A stretch of 64,000 nt of DNA from Acidobacteriota bacterium. GTDB lineage: Bacteria > Acidobacteriota > UBA890 > WLXD01. The stretch lies in contig CBDFKD010000002.1 of the NCBI GenBank assembly GCA_965248695.1, positions 1,152,001 through 1,216,000 on the forward strand. The letters run 5' to 3'. This document shows positions 19,865 to 29,666 of the stretch, in pieces. Under the pieces are notes generated by a model. It made no database searches. It saw only the letters and a program-made list of their open reading frames with translations, and was not told the origin of the DNA. How positions within the stretch are numbered: the stretch's first letter is position 1; the number at the start of each line of letters is the position of its first letter. The position numbers were made by a program, and so were the translations under genes.

Positions 19865-22525
19865 ATGAGCCGCTTGCTGTTTCGGATCCTGGTGGGGATG
19901 TATCCGCCTGCCTGCCGCCGCGACTACGGCGCCGCCATGCTTGCGACGCTGGATCAGCGACTGCGCCAGCATCGAGCCCGCCCGATCAGCGGCCGCCGGT
20001 CGCATGGTTTCGTCTTGCGCGAGGCGCTCGGGCTGCTTACCGGGGCTGTGAGGCAGTGGGCTGAGACACTTCGGATCGGAGACCACGACCACCGGTCCCT
20101 TCCGTCCGCCGGGATCAGAGATGCCATGCGGGGGTTTCCGCAGGATGTCCGATATGCGTTCCGCAATCTGATCGGGAACGCTTCCTTTGCAACCGTCGCG
20201 ATCGTCACGATTGCTCTCGGGGTTGGTGCCAACACGGCGATCTTCAGCATCGTGAACGCGGTGTTGCTGCAACCCCTCCCATATGTCGAGAGCGATCGCC
20301 TCGTCCGGATCTGGCCGGGCAGCAACATCACCAAGGCGATCCACGAACGCCTGCAGGAAGAGTCTTCGGTCTACGTCGGGACGACCGTGTGGTCCGGGTG
20401 GGAATTCACCATCACCGGCGTCGATGAGCCCGAGTCGCTGTCGGGTGGTGTGGTGGCGACGAGCCACTTTGATGTGCTCGGTGCGGCCCCCATGCTCGGT
20501 CGCAGGTTTCGCCACGAGGACTCGCTTCCCGGCAATGACGATGTCGTGCTTCTGAGCCACGGTCTTTGGCAACGGCGGTTCGGGGCTGATCCAGACATCG
20601 TCGGGCGGCGGGTGGACATCGGCAATGACGGCGCTGCATCACGGCAGGTAATCGGCGTGATGGGCCCCGATCATCGACCTCTGCGCGACGAGTGGGAGCT
20701 GTGGGCTCCGCTCATGATCGATCCCGCCGGCGAGTACTACTATTCCTCGTGGTACCTGCAGGCAGGCGGCCGGTTACGGCCACAGATTGCGCTCACGGAA
20801 GCATCGGCGGAGCTCGCGGCGCTCCTTGTGCGCCTGGGAGCCGACGACCGTCTGGGCTTGTACGACAAGGAGGCGCTGCCGCTGGCGCGAGTTGTCGGGC
20901 TCCATGAGCACACCGTCGGCTCCGTCCGGACGACGTTGTTGGTGTTGCTGGGTGGGGTTGCTCTCGTGCTGCTCATCGCTTGCACCAACGTTGCCAACCT
21001 GCTGCTGGCGCGCTCGGCCGCCCGGCGGCGCGAGCTCGCCGTACGGACCGCCTTAGGGGCAGGGCGTGGCCGCATACTGGCGCAGTTGCTCACCGAGTCC
21101 GTCTTGCTGGGCTTGATCGGTGGCGTCGTCGGTACGGCACTCGCCGTCCAGCTCGTCGGCTCCGTGGCGCTGTTGATGCAGGGGGCGCTGCCGCGCGCGG
21201 AAGCCATCAGCGTCGACCTGGTGGTGCTCGGATACGCGTTGTCGATTTCGATCCTCGCCGGCCTGCTGTTCGTAACGGCGCCGGCGCTCCACTCACTGCG
21301 CGGCGATCTGAAGGTGTCGCTGGCAGACGGCGCTCCGGGTGCTGGTGGCAGCCGTGGCAGCCTGCGCACGAACCAGGCCCTGGTCGTTGCCGAGGTGGCG
21401 CTGTCGTGCATTCTGGTGGTTGCCGCGGCCCTCCTGGTGCGCAGCCTCACGCAGCTGTGGGCTGTGCCGTCAGGGTTCGATGCGCGCGACGTCGTGACCA
21501 TGCGCGTCACCGCGCCGGATGCGCTCTATGCCGATGGGCCACAGCGTCGGCAGTACTGGAACCAAGCGATGGAGCGCGTCGCTGCCGCGGCAGGAGTCGA
21601 CAGCGCCGGCGCCATCCACATCCTGCCGCTGGCCCTCGGTAACTGGAGCTTCCCGTTCCTGGCCCAGGGCCACGAACCGGAAGAGGGGAAACCATTGCCG
21701 ACGGCCAATTTCCGGGTAGTGGCGGCCGACTATTTTCAGACCATGGCGATTCCGCTCATCGCGGGAAGGCTGTTCGATGATGGCGACGGATCTGCAGATC
21801 CCGGAGTAGTGGTCGTCAATCATCGGCTGGCGGAGCAGTACTGGCCCGGTGAGTCGGCGATCGGAAAGAATCTGGCGTTGTTCGGAAACCAGGATCTCGA
21901 GGTGGTGGGCGTGGTCGGCGATGTACGCCAGCACCGACTCGACTGGCCGGCGCCGGTGAGCATGTATCGTCCGGCCCGACAGTGGCCGCTTGCGAGCATG
22001 GTTGTCGCGGTGCGCTTGCAACAAGGGGCGAGCGTCGCACCGACGATGCAGGCAATTCGCTCACTCGATTCTGAGGTGCCGATCTCCGAGGTCCAGAGCA
22101 TGCGAGAAGTGATGGGCGGCTCCCTCGGTCGCGAGCGGCTCTCCGCCTGGCTGCTCAGCAGCTTCGCCGCCCTGGCGCTGGTGCTCGGTGCGGTGGGCGT
22201 GTACGGGGTCATGTCGTGCGTCGTCAGCCGCCGTACGCGCGACATCGGCATCCGCGTGGCCCTCGGCGCTCCGGCGGGAACCGTCGTTCGGGAAGTCCTG
22301 GCGGGCGGCATGGCGCCGGTCGTGATCGGTGTGGTTCTGGGGCTTGTCGGAGCACGGCTTGCCAGCCGGCTGCTCGCCAGCATGCTCTTCGGCGTCGAGC
22401 CAACCGACCCGTCGACGTACGTGGCGGTGGCCCTCACCCTGTTGCTTACGGCGCTACTGGCTGCGATCCTCCCGGCCCGGCGCGCGTCCCGTGTCGATCC
22501 GATAGTCGCCCTCCGATCCGATTGA
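19865..22525 (+). CDS. ADOP-type duplicated ABC permease (MacB/FtsX domains)
   Basis: DVRYAFR, ALGVGANTAIFS, LLIACTNVANLLLAR and RRASRVDPIVALR motifs; no adjacent ATPase gene. Confidence 0.92.
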   Translation: MSRLLFRILVGMYPPACRRDYGAAMLATLDQRLRQHRARPISGRRSHGFVLREALGLLTGAVRQWAETLRIGDHDHRSLPSAGIRDAMRGFPQDVRYAFRNLIGNASFATVAIVTIALGVGANTAIFSIVNAVLLQPLPYVESDRLVRIWPGSNITKAIHERLQEESSVYVGTTVWSGWEFTITGVDEPESLSGGVVATSHFDVLGAAPMLGRRFRHEDSLPGNDDVVLLSHGLWQRRFGADPDIVGRRVDIGNDGAASRQVIGVMGPDHRPLRDEWELWAPLMIDPAGEYYYSSWYLQAGGRLRPQIALTEASAELAALLVRLGADDRLGLYDKEALPLARVVGLHEHTVGSVRTTLLVLLGGVALVLLIACTNVANLLLARSAARRRELAVRTALGAGRGRILAQLLTESVLLGLIGGVVGTALAVQLVGSVALLMQGALPRAEAISVDLVVLGYALSISILAGLLFVTAPALHSLRGDLKVSLADGAPGAGGSRGSLRTNQALVVAEVALSCILVVAAALLVRSLTQLWAVPSGFDARDVVTMRVTAPDALYADGPQRRQYWNQAMERVAAAAGVDSAGAIHILPLALGNWSFPFLAQGHEPEEGKPLPTANFRVVAADYFQTMAIPLIAGRLFDDGDGSADPGVVVVNHRLAEQYWPGESAIGKNLALFGNQDLEVVGVVGDVRQHRLDWPAPVSMYRPARQWPLASMVVAVRLQQGASVAPTMQAIRSLDSEVPISEVQSMREVMGGSLGRERLSAWLLSSFAALALVLGAVGVYGVMSCVVSRRTRDIGIRVALGAPAGTVVREVLAGGMAPVVIGVVLGLVGARLASRLLASMLFGVEPTDPSTYVAVALTLLLTALLAAILPARRASRVDPIVALRSD

Positions 22526-22602
22526 CGGGATCGTAGCCGCCGGCGGCCCTCTCGTGACAGACTGGGCGGGTTGACGAATCCCCGCATCATGGAAGGGCGA
22601 GA

Positions 22603-23919
22603 ATGAACTGGAAGTCAGCAGCAACAATCGCCGCCATCGTCGCTTCCAGCGCGCTGCCCGGGGTCGAGGCTGCCGTCGGCCCGGCCTCCACGGCAGTACC
22701 AGTCGCGGACGACGTACAGATGATCCCCGTCGAGGGCGAGGCGGCGAGTTACTGGAGCCGCTGGCGCGGACCCTCCGGGCAGGGTCTGGTCACCGGCAGT
22801 GGATATGTCGACACGTGGTCGGACACAGACAACGTCCTATGGAAGGTCGCCGTACCCGGCCGCGGCAACTCCTCGCCGATCGTCTGGGACGATCGCATCT
22901 TCCTCACCAGCGCCACGGACCGCGGCGCTCGCGTTGCCCTCCTGGCCTTCGATCGTGGTGATGGCGAGCTACTGTGGGAGGTCTCTCCCGGTCGCGCCTC
23001 GGCCGGGAGCGTGCACGAGAAGAACGGTTACGCGTCGGGAACCGCAGCCACCGATGGCGAGCGCGTCTATGCCTATCTCGGCAACCACGGTCTGATCGCC
23101 GTCGACATGCAGGGCGAGCCCGTCTGGCGGCGCGAGCTCGGCCAGATTCAGGCGTCGCACGGTACCGCCGGATCGATCCTTCTGTACCGCGACCGGGTGA
23201 TCTTCTACCAGGACATGCGCCGCGGCAGCCAGGGAGGCTCGTTTGTGGCCGCCTTCGACGCCCGCACCGGTGAAACCGTGTGGCGCACCGATCGGGAAGA
23301 GAACACTGGCTGGGGAACGCCGATCGCCATCCGTGTAGGCGACCACGACGAGATCGTGGTCAGCAGCCAGTACAAAGTCTACGGCTATTCGGCGAGCACC
23401 GGAAACGAGCTCTGGAGCGCTGGCGGTAACCTGTTCGAGGTCATTCCCACACCCGTGGTCGGCCACGGTCTGGTCTTCGCCTCGTCGGGCCGCGCCGGGC
23501 CGACGTTGGCGATTCGCCCCGGTGGCCGCGGAGACGTAACCGACAGCCACGTGGCCTGGAGCAGCCCCAAAGGGTCGCCGTTCGTCCCGTCGACCCTGGT
23601 CTACGGCGACAATCTCTACATGATCAACGACATGGCGTCGGTGCTGACGGTCTACCGGGCTTCCAGCGGCGAGGTCCTGTATCAGGGACGCCTCGGACGG
23701 GCGCAGCGCGAGAGCTTCTCGGCGTCGCCGGTGGTGTTCGACGGCAAGGTATTTCTCACCAACGACGCCGGTGAGACGTTCGTGGTAGCGGCCGGCGACG
23801 AGTTCGAGTTGCTGCACGTGAACCGCATCGGCGAGCGCACGCTGGCGTCGCCGGCGCTGGTCGACGGACGGTGGTACGTGCGCACCGAGGGGCATCTGCT
23901 GGCGTTGGGTGGCGCCTAG
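22603..23919 (+). CDS. PQQ-binding-like beta-propeller protein
   Basis: WSRWRGPSGQG, WKVAVPGRGNSSPIV, repeated G..W blades. Confidence 0.88.
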   Translation: MNWKSAATIAAIVASSALPGVEAAVGPASTAVPVADDVQMIPVEGEAASYWSRWRGPSGQGLVTGSGYVDTWSDTDNVLWKVAVPGRGNSSPIVWDDRIFLTSATDRGARVALLAFDRGDGELLWEVSPGRASAGSVHEKNGYASGTAATDGERVYAYLGNHGLIAVDMQGEPVWRRELGQIQASHGTAGSILLYRDRVIFYQDMRRGSQGGSFVAAFDARTGETVWRTDREENTGWGTPIAIRVGDHDEIVVSSQYKVYGYSASTGNELWSAGGNLFEVIPTPVVGHGLVFASSGRAGPTLAIRPGGRGDVTDSHVAWSSPKGSPFVPSTLVYGDNLYMINDMASVLTVYRASSGEVLYQGRLGRAQRESFSASPVVFDGKVFLTNDAGETFVVAAGDEFELLHVNRIGERTLASPALVDGRWYVRTEGHLLALGGA

Positions 23920-23981
23920 CGAGCCTGCGTCGTCGGTTAGCAGTGGCAACCGCCGAAACCCCGCGGTGATCGCTCGACACA

Positions 23982-24024
23982 GCCTGCGATCCGGCTTCAA
24001 ACGCGGCCTGCGATCCGACTTCAA
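23982..24024 (+). repeat. 19-bp direct repeat, two copies, 24-bp period
   Basis: GCCTGCGATCCG(G/A)CTTCAA at 23982 and 24006. Confidence 0.8.
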
Positions 24025-24258
24025 GCTGGACCGTTGAAACGGTAGCTGGTACTGTCGGCAGCGCTCCGGGTCCCCCCCGCCCAAAACGTCCGTACCGGGT
24101 TCAGGGCCAGTTCCTGCCCGTTTCGCGCGAGCTCAAACCGTGCCGAGCTCGTCGCCTGCGTTGGCGACGACCAGGCGGTGCAACGGCACCGCGTACGGTG
24201 GCCTCGCGACAGCTCGCGTGCGCCGTCGGTCCGGCACCGCGTCCCCTCGAGGTCTGTC

Positions 24259-24767
24259 ATGAATCGTCGCGTGCGGGCGTTCTCGGTGAAGTCCTACAAC
24301 CAGCCGCGACGCGACCAGCGATAGCAGGTGATCGTCGCTGCGCGCGAGCTAGAGATGATGGTCGTGCCGGAGGGCGGCTCGCTGTACCAGCACAACATGA
24401 GCATGATCGTTGATGGCCACACCTGCATCGCGGCGGCCGCGTACAGCCGAGCGCTCACGGTTAGCTCCAGGGTCTCGCGCCGCACTGGGAAATCTGGATG
24501 TTCGAGCAGGGCGGCATGACCCCGCACCAGGCTCTCCGCAGCGCCACGCTATCGGGTGCCGAGTACCTCGGCCTCCATGCCGACATCGGCTCCGTCGAGG
24601 TCGGCAAGCTCGCCGATCTCGTCGTCCTCGACGGCAACCCGCTGGAGAACCTGCGTTTGTCGGAGTCGACTCGCATGGTGATGGTCAACGGCCGATTGTT
24701 CGACGCCGTAACGCACCAGATCGGCAATCATCCGCGCGAGCGGCAGGCGCTCTACTGGGAGGAGTAG
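24259..24767 (+). pseudogene. Amidohydrolase remnant (C-terminal domain of a large secreted amidohydrolase type)
   Basis: MNRRVR-AFSVKSYNQPRRDQR*QVI...VVPEGGS...DGHT with in-frame TAG at 24322, then a frame change or deletion into HWEIWMFEQGGMTPHQALRSAT...GKLADLVVLDGNPL. Confidence 0.8.
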
Positions 24768-24794
24768 CGTTCGCTCCGAGAGGAGAATTGCGGC

Positions 24795-25196
24795 TCAGGT
24801 GAGGTAGTCAGACAGCAGGGTGGCGGTGTCAGGAAACGCTTGCGCCAGCTTTCGGTCGAGGGTGACAAGCGGCGCGGCGAGACCTCTGGCGACGGCAACG
24901 AACTCACAGTCATAGGCGCTGCATCCGGAATCCAGAGCAAGCGCCAGGACTTCATCGTCCGGGACCGCGTACTCGTGGCGCCCTACCAGCAGGGCTGCTT
25001 TCCGTGCAACGGCAAGCGCGTACGCTAGCGTCATCGCTTCGACGCGGAGCATTTTCAGCAGTGCGTTGCGTAACTCGCTACGCCATAGCAAAGGAGCTGC
25101 CCACTCGGCGTCCACTTGCAGCGCGGCTTCGGCGTCCTCGGAACGCTCGACCGGTACGAGGAGCGCCATGATGATGTTGGTGTCGACAACGATCAC
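24795..25196 (-). CDS. vapC: VapC-family PIN toxin
   Basis: IVVDTN, SAYDCEFV and LVTLD motifs; GTGA overlap with the antitoxin stop. Confidence 0.9.
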   Translation of the reverse strand: MIVVDTNIIMALLVPVERSEDAEAALQVDAEWAAPLLWRSELRNALLKMLRVEAMTLAYALAVARKAALLVGRHEYAVPDDEVLALALDSGCSAYDCEFVAVARGLAAPLVTLDRKLAQAFPDTATLLSDYLT

Positions 25197-25432
25197 CGGC
25201 GACCTTCCTCGATCGCCGTCAGGATTTCCTCCACGGTGACGGTGCGCAAGCACTGGCTGCGCAACTCGCGGGCTTGGTCAATGATCGCCTGGACGTCGAT
25301 ATCGTCTGGCTCGGTCGCCTGCCGGAGGATCTCGATTACCTGTCGGTTGAGGCTCCGATTCTCGCGCGCCGCCACCGCCCGCAGGCGGTACAGGAGCGGC
25401 TCCGGGATGTTCTTCAAGGTCAGGCTGGCCAT
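25193..25432 (-). CDS. Arc/FitA-like ribbon-helix-helix antitoxin
   Basis: MASLTLKNIPE..LR..A....RSLN..VI and C-terminal AIEEGR. Confidence 0.88.
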   Translation of the reverse strand: MASLTLKNIPEPLLYRLRAVAARENRSLNRQVIEILRQATEPDDIDVQAIIDQARELRSQCLRTVTVEEILTAIEEGRR

Positions 25433-25474
25433 GGCGTCGACCCGCATGCTCCGGGGAGACGGACACGCCGACGA

Positions 25475-25500
25475 TGATTCCCCGGCGCGCCGGGGAATCA
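25475..25500. repeat. Perfect 26-bp palindrome upstream of the TA operon
   Basis: TGATTCCCCGGCGCGCCGGGGAATCA equals its own reverse complement. Confidence 0.85.
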
Positions 25501-25641
25501 ACTATACCAAGCGGTGGACCCGTTATGGAACCGGTTTGGTTTCAACGCGAAAGGCTGACCAGCGAAGCAGGACATGGTGTCCACTGTGTCGGGCGCACTC
25601 TCTATCTCGAGGCTCCCCGAGTTGGCGGCCGATGGACATGT

Positions 25642-27507
25642 TCACACCGACGATCGGTCGGCGGCGAGGAACTGTGACCTGTAGAGGCTGGCGTACAGTC
25701 CATCGCTCTCCAGCAGCTGGGCGTGCGGACCGATCTCGACGATGCGCCCATCGTCCATCACGACGATGACATCGGCGCGCACTACCGTCGACAGTCGGTG
25801 CGCGATCACGATCGACGTGCGACCTTGGAGCAGAGTTCCGAGCGCCTCCTGAATGAGCGCTTCGGTCTGCGAATCGAGCGACGAGGTGGCTTCGTCCAGG
25901 ATCAGGATCTCGGGGTCCCGCAGGATCTCGCGGGCGATTGCGAGGCGTTGACGCTGCCCGCCCGAGAGCTTCACACCGCGCTCGCCAATGAGCGTATCGA
26001 AGCCCTCCGGCATGCGTTCGATGAACTCGAGAGCGTTGGCGGCGAGCGTCGCCTGACGAATCTCCTCTTCGGCGGCCCCCTTGCTGCCGTACGCGATGTT
26101 TTCGCGCACGCTGCGATCGAACAGGAAGATCTCCTGCGGCACCAATCCGACGTGGCGCCGATACCAGTGCAGATCGAGCTCGCGCAGGTCGTGACCGTCG
26201 ACGCAAACTCGACCCTGGGTGGGATCGTAGAAGCGCGGTACGAGGTTGGCGAGCGTCGTCTTGCCGGCGCCGGACCGACCGACCAGCGCCACCATCGAAC
26301 GCGGCTCGACCACCAGATCGAGTCGGCGCAGGACCGGCCGGTCAGCGATGTACTCGAACTCGATCTGGTCGAATCGGATCGCTCCTTCGACCCGGTTCAG
26401 CCGGCGGCCGTCAGCAGGCGAGACGATTTCCGGCGCCGTATCGAGAATCTCGTAGATACGCTCGAGCGAGGCCAGCGACCGCTGCAGCCGCGGGTTCAGG
26501 CCGGTAAGCCGGCCGACGGCGCCGAACATCTGCATCAGGTACATGAAGAACGCGAACAGCCCGCCGACGGTGAAATCGCTGGTGACGATCAGGTAGACGC
26601 CGCCGAGCACGATGATCGTCGGGGCGACTCCGCCGACCAGACTGAAGAAGTTGTTGGTCCACAACGCGAACATGTCGCGGCGTACCTGCGCCCGGACGCT
26701 GGCGTGAAGAACGTCCACGAAGCGCAGCGATTCACGTCGCTCCGAGGCTGTCGCCTGCACCAGCTGATGACCCGACAACGACTGGTGCAGCGCCTGGCTG
26801 AACGTCGTCCATTTCTCGCGCGCGGTCTTCGAAAGCAACCGCAACCGCGGCGAGATCAGGAACTGGAATCCGAAGATCACCACCGCCAGCAGCAGCCCGC
26901 CGCTCGCCATGCGCCACTCGATGAAGAAGATCATCACGACGTAGCCGAGACCACGGATGACGTCGACCGCGGCGCGCGCGAACGTGTCGGCCATGACGCC
27001 GTCGAGGCTGTCGACATCGTCCACCTGGCGCGACATCAACCAGCCGGTCTCCTTGTCGTTGTAGTAACGCAGCGACAGGCCCTGCATGTGGAGATAGAGG
27101 CTCAGACGCAGGTCGCGCAAGACCTTGTTGTGGAACAGCGCCGCGGCGTAGCCGATGCCGAGGCCGAAGAGGACGCTCAGCACGGTCATGGCGATCAACA
27201 CCAGGCCCCAGTACAGAACCTCGTCGGGGCTCGACCGCTCGACCGCATCGTCCACCACCCGGCGAACGATGAGCGGCGACACCAGCGCCAGCGGCGTGCT
27301 CAGAAGCAACAGGACGAAGATCGTCCAGGCATAGGTGCGGTGCGGGCGCGCCCAGGGCCAGAAGCGCACCACCAGCGGCCAGGCACGAGACTTGGTCTCG
27401 GCTGCGAGCTGCTCAGTTGCCTCGCCCGCGGGTTGGCCCGCTATCTCGCTCGCGGGCGGTGCTGTCGCCTCGTCCTCCGATCGCCCGGTTGCCCCCGCGT
27501 CGCTCAT
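25642..27507 (-). CDS. ABC exporter, fused TMD and ATPase (MsbA-like)
   Basis: GRSGAGKT, LSGGQRQ, ILILDEATS and AHRLST motifs. Confidence 0.93.
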   Translation of the reverse strand: MSDAGATGRSEDEATAPPASEIAGQPAGEATEQLAAETKSRAWPLVVRFWPWARPHRTYAWTIFVLLLLSTPLALVSPLIVRRVVDDAVERSSPDEVLYWGLVLIAMTVLSVLFGLGIGYAAALFHNKVLRDLRLSLYLHMQGLSLRYYNDKETGWLMSRQVDDVDSLDGVMADTFARAAVDVIRGLGYVVMIFFIEWRMASGGLLLAVVIFGFQFLISPRLRLLSKTAREKWTTFSQALHQSLSGHQLVQATASERRESLRFVDVLHASVRAQVRRDMFALWTNNFFSLVGGVAPTIIVLGGVYLIVTSDFTVGGLFAFFMYLMQMFGAVGRLTGLNPRLQRSLASLERIYEILDTAPEIVSPADGRRLNRVEGAIRFDQIEFEYIADRPVLRRLDLVVEPRSMVALVGRSGAGKTTLANLVPRFYDPTQGRVCVDGHDLRELDLHWYRRHVGLVPQEIFLFDRSVRENIAYGSKGAAEEEIRQATLAANALEFIERMPEGFDTLIGERGVKLSGGQRQRLAIAREILRDPEILILDEATSSLDSQTEALIQEALGTLLQGRTSIVIAHRLSTVVRADVIVVMDDGRIVEIGPHAQLLESDGLYASLYRSQFLAADRSSV

Positions 27508-27665
27508 GCGGCGACGATAACAGCGCGCTGCGGCCACCGTGATCGGGATCGTTCTGCCGGCGCCGGGGCAGCCTGGTCCCTTATGCTGTACGGGTGTCAC
27601 GCGAGTCGGCGTAGTCTCCTAGGACCAGCGCGGTGCCTTTCCCCAACCGGAGTATTGCAGCTGTG

Positions 27666-28646
27666 ATGAGTCCCGGATCGAAATCGAGCCTCAGCGCCGC
27701 GAGGGCGATCTCGATGGTAACCGTTGCCGCTATCTCGGTGCCGCTTGCCTGGGCGTCGGCCGCCCAATCGCAGGACACGCGCGAGCACCTGGCGCGTGCG
27801 TCGCTGATGGCGCAGGAGAACCGCCTGCCAGAGGCGCTCGAGGAGCTCGATGCGGCGATCGAGGCAGAGCCGGACCTGTGGGAAGCGCACTATCAGCGTG
27901 GACGTACGTTGGGGCTGATGGGTCAGCTCGACGAGGCGGTGAGCGCCCTACTTCGCGCCGCGGCACTGAATCCGGGCGCGGCACACGTCCACCAGCTCGC
28001 CGCCGTGGCCGCCCGCGGCGCCGGCGACAATCAGACGGCCTGGGATCAGCTCATCCTCGCCTATCTCGCGGGCGGCGATGTCACCGCTCAGATTCAACGC
28101 ATGGCCTCGTCGGGTCCGCCGCCGGACGATTTCTAGGAGCGTGTCACAGCGCCACGCGTTTACGTTCCGGAGCTGGATCTGACAGAGATCGAGAGCCGCG
28201 CCGAGGGCCCGTTCGATCGCAATATCATGGCGCGCGGTAACACGCCGGCCGCCGACGGCGCACCGGCGCAGGGGAATCGCAGTGGGACCCCGGCGGACGT
28301 CCTCGGCCGCGAGCTGGTAATCGAGACGCAGGCCGACCTACTGGCGGTGGAAACGCAGTTTCGCGGCTCGATCGCCGAGTCGCGCACGTACGGTCTGGTC
28401 GTTGATCCCGAGATCGCCGAGTACGAGCTCCGCATCGCGGTGGACCAGCTGGCGGAGCGTCCACCACGCGCGATGTCGGGGTATCTCGAGCTCGTTGCTC
28501 TGGCCAGCGGAGTGGTGGGCTACCGGCGCAACATAGACCTGGCCGACATCAGCGCCGGCGGCGTGCTGCGCGGTGAGGTCGAGCTCATAGTCGACGAGCT
28601 CGAGGCGTGGATGCGGAAGCTGCGGGAGTCGGAGGATCAACGCTAG
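27666..28646 (+). pseudogene. Secreted TPR protein interrupted by an in-frame TAG (28134-28136)
   Basis: ORFs 27633-28136 and 28227-28646 share one frame with no other stop. PPDDF*ERVTAPRVYV aligns with EPADLARRLAAPRVVV in the 5447-6271 paralog. Confidence 0.7.
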
Positions 28647-28730
28647 CAGGCCACACTTCCACCACGGCCTGCTAGGGTCGCGACTCTGGTGAGACCGACC
28701 GCTACCCAAGCCGAAATCGGCGTCCTGACA

Positions 28731-29627
28731 CTAGCGAAAGCGCAGGCTGATCCCGACCATCGCCGTCCAGTCCGTGGCGTTGTCGGTGACCCCACGGATC
28801 GCCGACAGATCGAGCTGCAGGTCGGGGCTCACCACCCAGCTGACTCCGCCGTCAACCAGCACGACCGACTCACCGTGACTGGTGTCGGGAGTGGTGGTCG
28901 CCACCTCGACGAAGGCACCCCGATTGTCGGTCAGCGCGAAGCCCAGGACGGCGGCGAAGAAACCCTGCGCAAAGCGATCCTCGCTGGCCTCGTCGAAGGC
29001 CGAGACGACGCCGGCGTTGAGCGCCACGCTCGCCGAGCCGCTCACCGGCAGGTCGGCCGAGATCAGAGCTGCCGGTTGGAGCTCCCCCGGACGAAGCGCC
29101 GGGCTGCCGATTGGCAGGGCAGTCGATATCAGCACCGCAATCGTCGGCCCCTCGCTCTCGGTGAGCTGCCACTTGGCCTCGACGGTCGGAGCGGCGATGC
29201 CCTCCGTGCTCGATCTGGGTATGCCGGCGCCGCTCTCTCGGGCGATCACCAGTCCGCTGGTCTTGAGACGCATCTCGACCCGATCCGCGACCCCGTAGCG
29301 CATCACGAGCGGCGTGCCGAGGCCGCTCGATCGACGGTCGCCCTGACGCGACCAATCAAACGCAGCGCCGGTCTCTATCTGGAAGACACCTGTGCCGACG
29401 ACGTAGGGCCCACACCAAAACCCTGGACGGTCGGTGCCGATCACTTCGACAGGCTCGACCGTCGGCTCGCCGTCCGGGCTACTGACCACCTGCGCGGCAA
29501 CGGTGTTGGGGAATGCCACGGCGGCAACTGATACGAGCGCGGCTGCACGGGCGAACGCCCACGAAGGAGTCACGAGCATGGCGGCAACGATAGCGGGCGA
29601 TTCACCCACGGGCGAGACGATGGGCAT
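28731..29627 (-). CDS. Outer-membrane transporter, MetA-pathway-of-phenol-degradation (SphA-like) family
   Basis: TDRPGF motif, FQIETG, RYG..DRVE, terminal GISLRF. Confidence 0.75.
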   Translation of the reverse strand: MPIVSPVGESPAIVAAMLVTPSWAFARAAALVSVAAVAFPNTVAAQVVSSPDGEPTVEPVEVIGTDRPGFWCGPYVVGTGVFQIETGAAFDWSRQGDRRSSGLGTPLVMRYGVADRVEMRLKTSGLVIARESGAGIPRSSTEGIAAPTVEAKWQLTESEGPTIAVLISTALPIGSPALRPGELQPAALISADLPVSGSASVALNAGVVSAFDEASEDRFAQGFFAAVLGFALTDNRGAFVEVATTTPDTSHGESVVLVDGGVSWVVSPDLQLDLSAIRGVTDNATDWTAMVGISLRFR

Positions 29628-29666
29628 GGAACTTGGCGACCCTCTCTGGAGGACTGCTCGGGGCGG

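Noticed and set aside
23982-24045. Possible CRISPR (repeat pair and nearby GTTGAAAC)
   Set aside because: Only two 19-bp copies with a 5-bp gap, no spacers and no cas genes
25723-27666. Long antisense and alternate-frame ORFs (also 50290-51627, 54763-56316, 57326-58819, 14139-15278)
   Set aside because: Shadow ORFs of motif-supported genes in high-GC DNA; no recognisable motifs
24322-28136. Genome-wide TAG recoding suggested by two in-frame ambers
   Set aside because: Many intact genes here end at TAG at their expected C-termini, the 24322 gene has other lesions, and no pyl genes are in the window
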